64,000 nt of DNA from Octopus sinensis. Its lineage: Eukaryota. The translations under genes were made by a program, and so were the position numbers. Shown here piece by piece: positions 40,251-54,220 of the stretch (positions are counted from its first letter, which is position 1; the number at the start of each line of letters is the position of its first letter). Location: contig NC_043005.1 of the NCBI RefSeq assembly GCF_006345805.1, positions 59,954,001 through 60,018,000 on the forward strand, in the 5' to 3' direction. Under the pieces are notes generated by a model. The model searched no databases. It had not been told where the DNA came from and was given only the letters and a program-made list of their open reading frames with translations.

Positions 40251-40861
40251 CGTAAAACCTATTAAAGTAAGCGTTAAAACATAATATACTACTTCAAATT
40301 ATATTCATGAAAGGATTTCCCTGCAAACTTCATTTTATTTTTACTTGCTCAGTTAATTTGTGTCTTTCAAGTTTGAAAGAATTGATGTTCACGTTTGGTA
40401 ATTAAGTTTGTTAATCAAAAGACTTACAATGTCTGTTTACAAAGTGAAACTTCCTCAGGGATTATTAGTCTACAGAATTACGTCTGCTCGTTCAGAAGCT
40501 AGTTAAAATTTGAAATCTTACTTTAATTCAGTATTTGAGTTGACGCCTAGCTGTTTCCACTACATTGTTAATGTCATTCTCCTAATGCAGCATTCGTACA
40601 AAGAGAGTAAATGTTCCCGTATATACAAACATGCATACACAACACAATGATACGCAAACATGTCTTATGCGTGTATGTATGCATGTATCTATCTATCTAT
40701 TTATCTATCTACAAAGTATGGCGGTTTAGCTCGTAAGTGATCTAAACAATTAGGTACGCTAGGTAAGTGCTATAACGGATTACTAGAGTTCCAAGTTTAT
40801 AGCCGAGACGGTAGTTATGGAGCCATTGCAAATTTCTGATGCAGCAACGGATAAGTAATTA

Positions 40862-41098
<237 letters not shown>

Positions 41099-41930
41099 TA
41101 TGTCTGTCTGTATATCTATGTGTCTGTCTATCTGTTGGTCTGTCTCTCTTTTATATTTCTGTGATTCGATCTCTTTACGTGTAGTGTATACTTATTTGTG
41201 TACTAAGGCTACCGCTAGTTTCATGTTAAGAAAATATCTCCATTTTGGAGACGAATGCCAATTTTCTATGCGATAGGCTCGAAGAATTGTTGAGATATTT
41301 TCTTTCTGCGAAACCAACACAAAAATATATAAGAAACTATTAAAAATCACTGTTAGAGTGTCCGCATAAGTGGAGCCTGGACGAGTTTGAACTGGGATCA
41401 GCTCGTAAAAGTTGTAATAATGAAGCGAAAGCAAATAATTATATTTTGAAATCATTTAATATTTACGTTTCTGGTCTGCAAGTTCTATAATAGAAGTGTG
41501 TCTAATACGTGATACCTTCCTCAATTATAACAATTCGAGATGTGAGTCAGTTGAAAGTATTTCAGTATATATGATGACAGCAATTTGTAGGGTACTAATT
41601 TAAGAGGATGAACATACATATATAGAGGATGAGAAAGAAATCGTATAGAAGCGAAAGGGAGAAAGAGAGAGAGAGAGAGAGAGAGAGAAATAATGAAAGA
41701 AGAGAAGGATATATAATTGTGATAGTAGCGATGAGAAAGAAAAGAAACTGTATGTACGAGTGAATAGCAGTTAATCGAAATGGGATGGTCACATCTGTAT
41801 GCTTATCCACTATTTGTTTCTGTCATTAAACTTCTGACATGTTGAGACTCCAATGAAAAGGACAACGATATGTGGTGGACACTTATAAGTTCGAAAGTTA
41901 CAGTGGATAGCATGCATTAGCTTATTTCTG

Positions 41931-42217
41931 TGGAGGCACATGGCCTAGTGGATAGAGCAGCGGATTCGCGGTCGAGGGATCGCTGGTTCGAATCTCAGGC
42001 CTGAAGATGTCTGTGTTTATGAGCGAAACACCTAAGTTCCACGCAGCTCTGGCAGAAGGTAATGGCGAACTTCTGCTGACTCTTTCGCCACAACTTTCTT
42101 TCACTCTTTCCTCCTGCATCTTGCAGCTCACCTGCGTCCCGTCCAGATGGGGAACTTATGCGCCAAGGAAACCGGGAAACCGGCTCTATGAGCCAGGCAT
42201 GGCTTGAGAAGGAACAA
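41931..42217 (+). mobile_element. tRNA-headed SINE family C (long variant)
   Basis: tggaggcacatggcctagtggatagagcagcggattcgcggtcgagggatcgctggttcgaatctc (A and B boxes); body similar to 27292-27462 and 49339-49465. Confidence 0.85.
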
Positions 42218-42370
42218 ATGTTAGCTCATTTCTGTAACCGTAACTTAACAGTTCGGCAAAGTAGCACATATAAGTACCAGGCATAGAAAAATAAGTAGTA
42301 TGGCTGGTTTGTTCAATGACCAAAACAGGTAAAAGAAACACACACACATATAAACATATATATGTGAAAA

Positions 42371-43290
42371 GGACACACAAGGCGCCTACCTGCTAGAAAG
42401 AGGAGTTAAAACCCTCATTTAAATCACCAATAACACTGAAAAATACGACAGAAAGATCAACAGTGGTTGGGTGATCGGAATAAAAATTTGTTTTACATAC
42501 CTACATAGCCTAGTGCTATAAAGGTTTTCGTATTTGTATATACTTGGATAATGATTTCTAGTCTGGCGAATAGCTTCACTTTCATCAGTGAGTATTACCA
42601 GTTGAAAATCTTTCTCAATACGTCACGTTCAAGTCCGCCGGTGTTCTGAATTGTTTTGCGTCAAAATCAGAACAGCTTCGGTGTAAATATACCAATAAGG
42701 AGCAAATATTCAAAAGCGAGTATTTATATAGCTATTATTATTCTTATTATTATCTGAGGTAATATAAATAGTTGACAACAATGATATAGGTGATTGCAGG
42801 CCTAAAATAGCATTATATATCTATAGAATTAAAATTTATATCAATCAAGGGCACACAAGGCGCCAACCTCCTAGAAAGAGGAGTTAATCCCTCATTTAAG
42901 CCACCAAACGTGACGGATTAAGAAAGTGTTTTTTTTTCAATCGGCAATACTTTCTCATGAAGGTGAGGCTATTCGCCAGACCAGAAATCGTGATCCAAGT
43001 ATATCCAAATACCATTAAATACATAGCATTAGGCTATATAGTTATGTAAAAAAATCTTTTAGCCGTTCGCCCTACTACCCTTGATTTTCTATCGTATTTT
43101 TCAGTGTTATTGGTGGGTTAAACGAAGGTTTTAAGTCCTCTTTCAAAGAGGTAGGCACATTGTGTGCCCTTATGATTGATATGAATTTTAATTCTATAGC
43201 TATCTAATGCTATTTTAGGCCTGCAACCACATATGTTATTGTTGTTGTTATTATCAACTATTTATATTACCGCATATAATAATAACAATA
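42371..43290. repeat. Complex direct + inverted duplication P-Q-R-S-P-Q'-P'-S'
   Basis: P 42371-42430 / 42849-42907 / inverted 43110-43169; Q 42431-42629 / inverted 42908-43109; S 42745-42848 / inverted 43170-43290. Confidence 0.85.
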
Positions 43291-43352
43291 ATAATATCTA
43301 TATAAATATTCACTCCTTATATATATACATACACATATACATATATATATAC

Positions 43353-43391
<39 letters not shown>

Positions 43392-43641
43392 TATATACAC
43401 ACATATACATACATATCTGGAATGGGGTTCAAAGAGCCAAGTTTCAGGTGTTCTGCTGAATTAAAAAGACCACTTCTGAATTCAATTCTGTTAAGGTCAT
43501 GGTCAGCTGTGTGTGTGTGTGTGCGCGCGCCCATTCGTGCGCGCGTATGTGTGTGTAGGTTTATTTTTTGGAGTATGCTGTTTCGGCGAAGGAAATATTT
43601 CTGTATTAAACCATTCTCGTTTTTTTTAAATCCTTTCATCT

Positions 43642-43678
<37 letters not shown>

Positions 43679-43997
43679 AACACACACATATATATAAATA
43701 CATGTTTATATATTCTCCCCCAACTATGTATATATATATATATATGTATATATTATAGATGGTATACAAAAATGCCACATGCATACATAAATGCCACATC
43801 CGGCATGATGTTTTTATTTATTTTGGTAGTTTAGACTTTAAGAGTCCCTCCTAGCGTGTGGCATTTATGTATAGTAATGCCCTGTTTATAATATAATTAA
43901 TATATTTAAGTGAAAAAATTGGTGGATTTTTTCTTTTATGAGGTTTTTCACGCTATCTACTTGATAAATTCTTATAACGATTTCAGCCTATTTTTAA

Positions 43998-44041
<44 letters not shown>

Positions 44042-44048
<7 letters not shown>

Positions 44049-45054
44049 TAACAATTGAGGATAAAATCTTTAAAAGAAATTATCAGTCGTCAGCGTGAAA
44101 AACCTCGTAAGAGAAAAATCCGTAAATTCTTCCTCTTTGAAAATATTCATTTATATTATTATGAGGGTACTACTATTAGTAGATACCAACACGCTAAGAG
44201 GGACCAATGCGGTCAAAACTACTAAAAATAAACAAAAGATTACCGAATGCAAAACTTCCAAACACATCATTTTAAAAATGAATTCAGTTACATATCACAT
44301 GTGATTTCGCATTTAATGCAGAATATGCATTTCATGTTCGTCAGTGCAACAAACTCAAGAGATATAAGAAAAAACATAACATTACAAACTCGATAGCCAA
44401 CCGTAGAATTCATCGTAGCATGTACGAATGTTTATCCTTACATATCTATGAAAATGGCGGGCTTTTTCGCAATGCATTTCGGTAACAAATTGCCTAGTCG
44501 GAATAAAAATTCAGTATTGAACTATTCCGGTGAAAAATATAAATTAACAATTGAGGATAAAATCTTTAAAAGAAATTATCGGTAGTCAGCGTGAAAAACC
44601 TCGTAAGAGAAAAAATTCGTAAATTCTTCCTCTTTGAAAATATTCATTTATATTATATTAATTTATATTTTTCACCGGAATAGTTCAATACTGAATTTTT
44701 ATTCCGACTAGGCAATTTGTTACCGAAATGCATTGCGAAAAAGCCCGCCATTTTCATAGATATGTAAGGATAAACATTCGTACATGCTACGATGAATTCT
44801 ACGGTTGGCTATCGAGTTTGTAATGTTATGTTTTTTCTTATATCTCTTGAGTTTGTTGCACTGACGAACATGAAATGCATATTCTGCATTAAATGCGAAA
44901 TCACATGTGATATGTAACTGAATTCTTTTTTAAAATGATGTGTTTGGAAGTTTTGCATTCGGTAATATTTTGTTTATTTTTAGTAGTTTTGACCGCATTG
45001 GTCCCTCTTAGCGTGTTGGTATCTACTAATAGTAGTACCCTCATTATAATATAA
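44042..45054. repeat. A-B-A-B' fold-back: near-perfect inverted repeat with arms of about 396 bp, plus a direct repeat, between two (TA)n tracts
   Basis: Arms 44151-44546 and 44659-45054 differ at only a few positions. A occurs at 44042-44157 and 44538-44655. Confidence 0.95.
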
Positions 45055-45105
<51 letters not shown>

Positions 45106-45390
45106 CACGAAGACTCTGTTTATGGTGCCATGTACCGAATGCATCGTTTCTGGCTCTGATACTTTTTATTTGTTCATTGATAAATTCAGATGTCGTGAAC
45201 ACTCATCGACGTTGCAATTCCCTAATAAAAATGAGCATTGCAGGGTGAGAACTTTGATTCTAAATCGATATAATGGTTAAGTAAATTGTTAAATTGAGTG
45301 AAAATAAATTTGAAATAAAAAAATTTCTTTTGATAATAGACACTTGTATGTGGATAGCTTTTATAAAAGTTTTAAAAATTGTTTAACATG

Positions 45391-45429
<39 letters not shown>

Positions 45430-45694
45430 TATGTATATGTGTGTGTGTGGTTGTGAGTGTGTATCAAAGGGTGTCATGTTTTATAGTTATATGGATTTAA
45501 ATGAGTTAGATTATAAAATTTAAAATGATTTCAATTTAACCAGTAAACATAAATATATACTTTTATTGTACATGTGATATAACATGCTTAATGCTAGTAC
45601 GGATCGCTTCAGTGATACTATATATGATTATATAATTTGTCACGCTGTTATTCGTATCAGTTTTGTTATTTTTTAAAACTATACTCATACACTT

Positions 45695-45870
45695 ATGGAT
45701 GTTATTTTGTCGGACGAGTCAACCTTTACCTTATTTCCGCACACAGTGTGGAGAAAGCCAAAAGAAGCATTTGACCCAACCCGGCTTCTTCCAACTGTTA
45801 AACATGGAGAAGGATCTGTGATGATCTGGGGGGGGGGGATATCTCGGGAATCTGCCGGCCCAATGTCCCA
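45695..45870 (+). mobile_element. Tc1-family transposase DDE fragment
   Basis: VILSDESTFTLFP..VWRKPKEAFDP..LLPTVKHGEGSVMIWG. Confidence 0.9.
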
Positions 45871-46085
45871 CAGACTCACAGCCCCTGCCTTTTATAGGGT
45901 AGCTTCCTCGACCCTTCTTTGACCGGGAGAAGGGTAGAGGTCTTTCCGAAAGCCATTACTCTTTCGTGAATCTGACAGAACAAAGGACAATAACTTTAGA
46001 TTCCAGACTTTCAGACTACAAACGAGCAAAGTAGGTCATAGCAGTTGTTTCCCAGTTGACCTACTCATATCAATATATATATATA

Positions 46086-46129
<44 letters not shown>

Positions 46130-48602
46130 CATATATATATATGTGTGTGTACTTATTTGTATTTATGCATGTATGTGTGTGTATGTGTGTACAGAGAGAT
46201 AGACAGAGAGTGATAGAGAGAAAAGAAGGAAACGGCTAAAGTTTAGAAATTGATCTTTACGCAACCCATAAATAAGGGAAGATTATTATGTATATTTTAA
46301 TTATATGCACAAGCAGGAACCGTGCTATTTGCTGACATTGTGAAATATTTCCGTTCCATTTAATCATTTCCCAGAAATTAAATAGTTATCAAATCAAATA
46401 TGAACAACTGACAATGAGAGAAGCAAGACAAAAAAAAATAAAATAAAAGAAAGATATTCTGAGACAGGATTACATAAATAGAATAAATGTGAGTCAAACA
46501 GCTAAAAACAGAAATATTAAAATAGAGATGAGCATTTGATTGAAGGATACAAATGAATTAGAGAAAAGAAGGAAAGAGAAATTGACAGATTGAAAAGAAA
46601 ATTAGTCTAGACGATAATGATTAGTTTGCAACGGAGAAATTAATAATGATTTGAAATTAATAATACTCTTTATTTACAGATATCTTTACAAATATATGGT
46701 GCATAATCAAATATGTTCACATTTAAAGAAAATATAGTTAAATGTTTGCGGTGTAAGAAAGAGATATAAGATATTGACGTCTATGAAATGGATAGCCACA
46801 CTGATTGTGCTTACTCATAGCAAATCTATAACGCTATACAATTCGCTTTGTTGAAATGACCTATTAGGAAATACTAGAATAAGAGTTAAATGAATATTGT
46901 AGGAGATATATTTACAACGATTAAAGGTGCATCTGTGTCAAATCATCTCTGTCAAAATAATTTAAGTGTGTTCTAACATCAGCAAAATATACCTTTCAAC
47001 TTAGGCATTTCATTACAACGTGAAGTGTTCAAGTGTATTTAGTAGTTCTATGAAGGGCTTTTTGTGGCTACATATGAAGTGAGACCGGATCGTTAAATGG
47101 CTCCCTTTAGTTTACCTATCTGTTTAGTGAACAGAAAGAATACTAATACAATACAAGAAATACCTGCCATAAACTACTGCAATTTTTTTTTTTATGGTTA
47201 ACTGCTATACTCAACACTTTGTTGTTCTTAGCATTTAATATTAATTCCTGGTGTTAGTGGCGCAGATTTGTTTTGTTGTGTGTCGTTTGCAGTATCTAGT
47301 GATATAATCTGAAATCAACTCCTTGCAGTTAGATATTGTCATTCCTTGATAGGGTAGCTTGGTGTGCTATAATATGCGTATTTTTGTGTTCGATACTGCT
47401 ACGGCTATAGAGTGTTACTATCTTTCAGTACACAGTATTTACGTAATGCGACTCTCTGTTGACTGATCGTTATGGAATTATACACCCAAACATTACTATT
47501 ACGAGCTGTTAATGTCTAAATGATGAGCAGTGCAGGCGTCTTTTAGCAGTGTTTTTTTCCATTTCTGTGCCAATTATAGGGACTGACACTATGTTATATT
47601 TGTGGTTTTTCTGATGGAATTTAGGATTGATATCCTAAAGTTTTTAGACTATATTGCCAGGGTTTCACAAACTCACAGTGCACATAGTTCCTGGATTGGT
47701 TAGAATACAATTACACATTTCCTCTAACTTTATTTTTTCCTCTATTGTAGAAGCGCTTAATTCTGTCTCCTGTATGCGATACGAGGTGCTGGTAATAAAC
47801 GATATGGCGTGTTAAGTAAAACGCATTGTAAAAGTGCTCACCGTGAGTCAGATGTATGTTTACAGGTTCAGAGAAATTAGCTCAGTACACTAGTTACTTC
47901 TCGAAACACGTACTAAGTGACAAGCATTTTACGTTACGTTTCAGTTGCTGTGGAATTTGGAAATATTCTAACTTCCATATTGTGGCCAAAGAATATGTGA
48001 TTCTATACGAGCTAGGCTAATATAGCTGATTTTCCCCCCATGTTCAAAATAGATATCTATATGCTCACTATGGGTGACCGTGAAATGTGTCTATGAAAAT
48101 CATTCTAAGTTATTTTAGTTTTAAAGTTCATACGCAGTTGCAGTTAGGACTGGCCCTCCATTGTTGTTTCCTTGAACAACTGTAATTTTATAGAACCTAA
48201 ATTTGATTATTACAATAAATAACAAACTTTAGCGACAAACATTCACAAATTGGCTGTGAATGATATCTAGGAAGCCATAGTACAATGTTAATCAATATAA
48301 TTAGTGCTTAGTTGGCTGAATAGCCAAATAGGTTTTATTTAATTTTGTCTACTATGTGCTCGTTTCATTTAAGTGCAATTTCTAACCCATAGGCCCTGTA
48401 TAGCCCTATATTAACCTGGTCAAATTCATTTACACGGTCAACGATCGCAGCCACACTAAAGATATCTATGGAAAATTGACAGTCCTTCACAATACCTTTT
48501 TTTTAAGTAAGAATCATTGTTAAATAGAAAGGATTTTCCATGACGCTCATAATTACAGTATCATACTGCCATACTATATTCTGAACACTAGGACTAACGG
48601 TG

Positions 48603-48675
48603 GAACAGCATAGCCGATAATCCCAGATGAATCTACTGTGAGTAATTGCAATCGGGATTATCGGCTATGCTATTC
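48603..48675. other. Isolated hairpin with an 18-bp perfect stem
   Basis: agcatagccgataatccc (48607-48624) pairs with gggattatcggctatgct (48654-48671). Confidence 0.85.
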
Positions 48676-48762
48676 ATTCAGTTTTGCTGCATCTACACAT
48701 CATGTATGCACTTTCTCTCTGTCACACACTCTCTTATGATCTGTACACACACACACACACAG

Positions 48763-48825
<63 letters not shown>

Positions 48826-49338
48826 ATTTTCTTTAAATATAGGGTAAAAATTAAACATTAATTGATACCAGTGGCCAACGTGAATAAAAATGTTCGTAGA
48901 CTGCAAATATTATTTTATTATATGTGTGTATAAGAGTTATACACTGAAGGAAAGTCACGAAGTGGTTTTCCTTCACGCAAGAAATGGGAGTTATATCCCA
49001 AACTATGAAAAGTTATTCTTATTTGGCGTGTTGTGGTTTCAGAATGGATCCTGCCATAACGTGGTATAAAGAATACATCAATGAGAGGAAAGGAACGTGG
49101 TCTGAATTTGGTACTCCTTTATTTTATCTGGTACACGTTTCAGTATTCGGTAACACATACCACTCAGGCAATACAGTCCGTAGATGTACCTCATAACGGT
49201 AACAGCCATAAAAACATTCCTTCGAGCATATAAAGCATATGTAACAGATGAATTAAGGCAGTACCAGTTCAACCTCACGTTATTTTCTCGCCATTATATT
49301 TGCATGTATGTGTGTGTGTATGTATGTATGTATGCGTA

Positions 49339-49465
49339 TGGAGGCGCAATGACCCAGTGGTTAGAGCAGCGGACTCGCAGTCGTAGGATCGCGGTTTCGA
49401 TTTCCAGACCGGATTGTGAGTATTTAGTGGTCGAAAACACCTAAAGCTCCACGAGGCTCAGGCAG
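49339..49465 (+). mobile_element. tRNA-headed SINE family C, 3'-truncated
   Basis: tggaggcgcaatgacccagtggttagagcagcggactcgc...ggtttcgatttccagacc. Confidence 0.85.
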
Positions 49466-49484
49466 TTTATATATATATAAACTT

Positions 49485-49920
49485 CGATATCTTTCGACCA
49501 AATATTGGCCCAGGCCATGTCTAACTTAATAGCACCACCTGATAGGATTATCTAAATCCTTTTTAAGTCAAGTTTTGTTTATGGTCCATTCAAGTAATGA
49601 GTTCTTGTTGAGTGAGTTGTATCCAGGTATGGGTGCCTTATCTGTTATTCCTTGAAGAAATCTGTTCAGACTCCGTTTACAGGTGATGGGATCATTTTCC
49701 TCTTTAATCAATTTTGGGACAATGTTAAACAGAGCAATACACAGTAACACATAGTGATACTTCACAATACTAGTTTCATTCGTTCCATGACCGAAGTTGT
49801 CTTACGATTTACTCGTTTTATAAATCAATTTTCCTCATCGAAATTTACTGGAACATAATTAATCCGTTCTAGACCCCCAAACCACTTAATAATAACTTTT
49901 TATGGGTCTTAAAACATAAA
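49485..49920 (-). mobile_element. CR1-like LINE 3' end
   Basis: ORF 49568-49765 reads LFNIVPKLIKEENDPITCKRSLNRFLQGITDKAPIPGYNSLNKNSLLEW. The 3' UTR is shared with 16119-16191. Confidence 0.75.
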
Positions 49921-50041
49921 TGGTGGAGCTACAAGTAAATACAAAAATTTGCTCGGACAGAAAATTACTCGTACATTGTTGCACTCCTATTGCGAGGTTT
50001 CCAACTGTATATATATATATATATATATGTATATGTATATG

Positions 50042-50073
<32 letters not shown>

Positions 50074-50424
50074 TGTATGTATGTATTTATGTATATATAT
50101 ATGTATGTATGTGTGAGTCTGTGTGTGTGTATATATATATGTATAGACGGAGAGAGAGAGAGAGAAAGAGATAAATAGATAGAGGGAGACAGACACACAC
50201 ACACACACATGCTATACACTTTTGAAATAGAGTTAATTAGCAGACTGAGCATAGTAATCACTTAACAATTCAATTAATGTTAAGGAAAGTCTGGTCCGCT
50301 TTGTCACATCCTAAAAGGGCCCACGATTTCGCTTTTTTAGATTGGATGTTGTATATATTTACATTATAAACTTCGTTTTCATTTATGTGTCTACTAATAA
50401 CTACCTCTGTCACCCCATGCGTAC

Positions 50425-50462
<38 letters not shown>

Positions 50463-50465
50463 AAA

Positions 50466-50696
50466 GGCGGCGAGCTGGCAGAAACGTTAGCACGCTGGGC
50501 AAAATGCGTAGCTATATTTCGTCTGTCGACACGTTCCGAGTTCAAATTCCGCCCGGGTCGACTTTGCCTTTCATCCTTTCGGGGTCGATAAATTAAGTAC
50601 CAGTTACACACTGGGGTCGATATAATGGACTTAATCCGTTTGTCTGTCCTTGTTTGTCCCGTCTGTGTTTAGCCCCTTGTGGGTAGTAAAGAAATA
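50466..50696 (+). mobile_element. SINE family A, well-preserved copy
   Basis: ggcggcgagctggcagaaacgttagcacg...gagttcaaattccgcc (A and B box-like), ending gtaaagaaata. Confidence 0.85.
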
Positions 50697-53600
50697 TATA
50701 TATATGTGTGTGTCTGTGTGTCTGTGTGTGTTTGCGTGTGCATGCGTGTGCGTGCGTGTGTGTGCGTCTGAGTGCGTGCGCGTCTGTGGGCAAGGTTGTG
50801 AGTATTTAAGCGCGCGTCGTTACATAGAGTGCAAAACATGAGATTAATAAATAATTTATCCTTAATAATGCTCTTCACTTTCTTGTAATTGTAACTTGTT
50901 ACATAAATATATACTTGAATCGAAAATGAATATTAAGGTCAACAAATGATACTGTCTAGCTGAATAAATTGTACGTGCTTTATAAATTCCTTTATAAATA
51001 CATCATAAATATTACGCTCGTTGATTTATGCTATGGAAATGTTTTGCCATTCATTTTGCATGTGACATTTTCGTATTGTAATTTTTTTCCAAACTCCAAA
51101 ATAAAATTATTCCTCCACCTTATCCTTATAATTAAAGATAAATCGATGCCTTCTTGCTTATTCGAGTATGTCAAATTATACAGTTCCTAAAGTTTTGTTT
51201 GATCTAACGCCGCCAGGTTTAATCATATGCGTTTCTTTCTTAATATTTATTCTCCTAAATGTTGTATTTGTATAATATATTATTATGTTCTTACTGTTTT
51301 CTTCCCTGTTTTAGCATTATTATAATGTGGAGAAAATAGGTGCAATCAGAACGTAGATTTGTGAAAGTTAATAATTTTCCTTCCACGCTGTTCCGAAGAA
51401 AAATATCCCGAACTATGCAATCAATCGGAAAACGGAAGATAGCATTGACTAAGTGCTTAAACATATATCGGTATATCATATGGGGAAAAGCCACTGTCGG
51501 GATTTACTCCAAGATGAATGCATTTCATATTTCGATCTCTATCAATGTAATTAGTCATGCATTTGCTCCACCTGCATAGTTATTCTATAATTCTTAAAGA
51601 TCATTGGTAGATTTTCATAGGTGCAAATATGTCAGTAAAAAGACGATTACCACATGTTATTCACCGGTGTTAGTAACAACTGAATGGATCCCAAAACGTG
51701 AAATATTTTCTAATGGCTAACGCAGTCCCTGAATTTCAATTATATAGAAAACTTGTAGCACTTAGTTAATCTCGAGTTCCAACGCCAAAATTCTAAACCA
51801 TGCAACATTTGATTGCAACTATTGATTTTGATTGGGAGACGTTTAAGTTAGAAAATTGTATGAAATTCTTAGAAACTATGTTTAAAAAATGTGCAGTTAT
51901 TAAAACAAAAATTATGCAATAAAATATCGATTTATGTCATTAATATATCATACGATAAATTAAAAGCTTTCTTAATTCTATATTCACAAAAATGGGGCAT
52001 AATTGAGTTTAGGAACCAGAAAAACCGAATTACTTGAATAATTAGTTTAGTAATAGAGATAATGTTAAAGAAATAATTTTTCTTTTCTTCATGCATAGCT
52101 AAATTACGCATGAAATAACAAAGGATTCACATGCAAAATAGCTTGGTTCCATATCTGCTAATATATTCTACATTCTTTAACTATGAAAGTAATTTACTTT
52201 TTACCAAAGATTTTTTATCCCCTCATAACAATATTCATCGAAGGAGTCGCAGTTATAATCAATCTCTAGAGAGAAAATGATGGAGAAATGACAAACGAAT
52301 CCTATAATTAACGGAATAAGTGGCGCGTACTCGCCCGTCACAAATGCAAGGAGAGACTCTAGTCGAAAGAAAAAGAATACAATTCGAATATTGACGTTAG
52401 TTTGGCGCTTCATTAAATATTATTATGCATATGATGCTCCCATAACCATTCTTGCCAGGTCGCCACACTTCGTAACTTTCACATTATACTGGTTTTATTC
52501 AATGAATTTACATTCTATTATTTTATAATAGTGCGCTGTTTTGGAACGTTTTGGTAGTACTTGTTACGGTTTTGAGTTCAAATCTTCTCAACAAATTAAA
52601 GTGTTAATAATGTACGAGATCGATGTAATCGAGTAACAATCTACTTTCTTAAATTTCAGGTCTTCTGCTTATGCCAGAGACTGATATTTCGGCATGGAAG
52701 ACAGCATGTTTGTAAAGTAAATTGATTTTAAAATTATGATATTTGAAATGTAACTGTGGCTGTGATCAAACTACAGTTGTGTGACGAAACTTCAGACATC
52801 TCCGTTAATAAAAGAAAATAGAATTTGACAGATTTTAACTGTCATTAGACGCGAAATTTAATTTTCATTGTGTAATTGTTTCTTTTGATAAATATTTTTA
52901 GAGAGAAACACAAGTACAACTGACATATTAGGTTTACTGAAGAACTATCATTGGTGTTTGTCCCTGGTTAGATTTGATGGAGCAGATCTGTAATAAAATG
53001 CATTCCTGCCATGACATATCGCATCCCTTTCAATCATTGCAGATTTTATAGCATTATTCGTATACCATTTTTCCGAACAGTAGATTTTTACATTGAAGGC
53101 ATTTTGTCCTAATAGTTAATATGTCCAGTGAAAATTCATAGCTTCTTTTGTATAGTCACTATTATTTCGAAAGATTTCGAATACAATTTCGAATATATTC
53201 AGAAATCTCCAAATTTTCGATATTTTAAAATACTAAAATTCAAGAAAAAAATTTGCGGCAGATTGAACTTTCACTCTGTTTAAAGCAATCAATGTCTCCA
53301 CATCCGTTCTGGTTTAGTCTCAGCACTGATATATTTGACTCTGTTAATGTGAATCTTAGTATATTTTACATCGTGTATTCGACAAACTTAATTGTACATA
53401 CAAAAGCGGTTGTAATATGGAAAACACCAATTATACGTTGTATACTTATCATTAACGAACATTAACTAGGCTAGAGTTATATAAAGAAAAATAACTTGTT
53501 TGCAAGTGGGAAAGCTTTCAACAGCTAGTGATTGGCTCACACTGAGGACGGGTAGCCAACCAGAAATCATGGTCTGTGTGTATCACGTAAAGCTGGAGAT

Positions 53601-53779
53601 AGGATAGATGGCTTCTGTTGCGGACAATATATGGACACACACTGTGTGTCGATAGCCAGCGGGAAAAGATATTTTTCTGAGGCCTAAACAACAGTAACAT
53701 CGTCCTTTATAGGACCGCCACATTCTGTCGGCAAATAAACTTTACTATATTTATATAGATGCGTGTAAAATGTATATCT

Positions 53780-53999
53780 CTTTTACTTTTTTACTTGTTT
53801 CAGTAATTTGACTGCGGCTATGCTGGAGCAACACCTTTAGACGAGCAACTCGACCCCAGGACTTATTCTTTGGAAGCCTAGTACTTATTCTATCGGTTTC
53901 TCTTGCTGAACCGATAGGTTACGGGGGCGTAAACACACCACCATCGGTTGTCAAGCGATATTGGGGGAACAAACACAGACAGACAAACATACACACACG

Positions 54000-54041
<42 letters not shown>

Positions 54042-54220
54042 CATACACACACATATATGACGGGCTTCTTTCAGTTTCCGTCTACCAAATCCACTCACGA
54101 GGGTTTGGTCGGCCCGAGGCTATAGTAGAAGACACTTGCCCAAGGTGCCACGCAGTGGGAATGAACCCGGAGCCATGTGGTTGGTAAGCAAGGTACTTAT
54201 CACACAGCCACTCCTGCGCC
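53780..54220 (-). mobile_element. SINE family B, full-length, with internal (CA)/(TA) microsatellite
   Basis: Reverse-complement head gcaggagtggctgtgtgataagtaccttgcttaccaaccacatggctccgggttcattccc, then ggcaccttgggcaagtgtcttc. Homologous to 58828-59265 and 61234-61832. Confidence 0.9.

Noticed and set aside
52660-52712. AG...GT-bounded micro-exon candidate
   Set aside because: Weak donor, two possible frames and no recognisable peptide.
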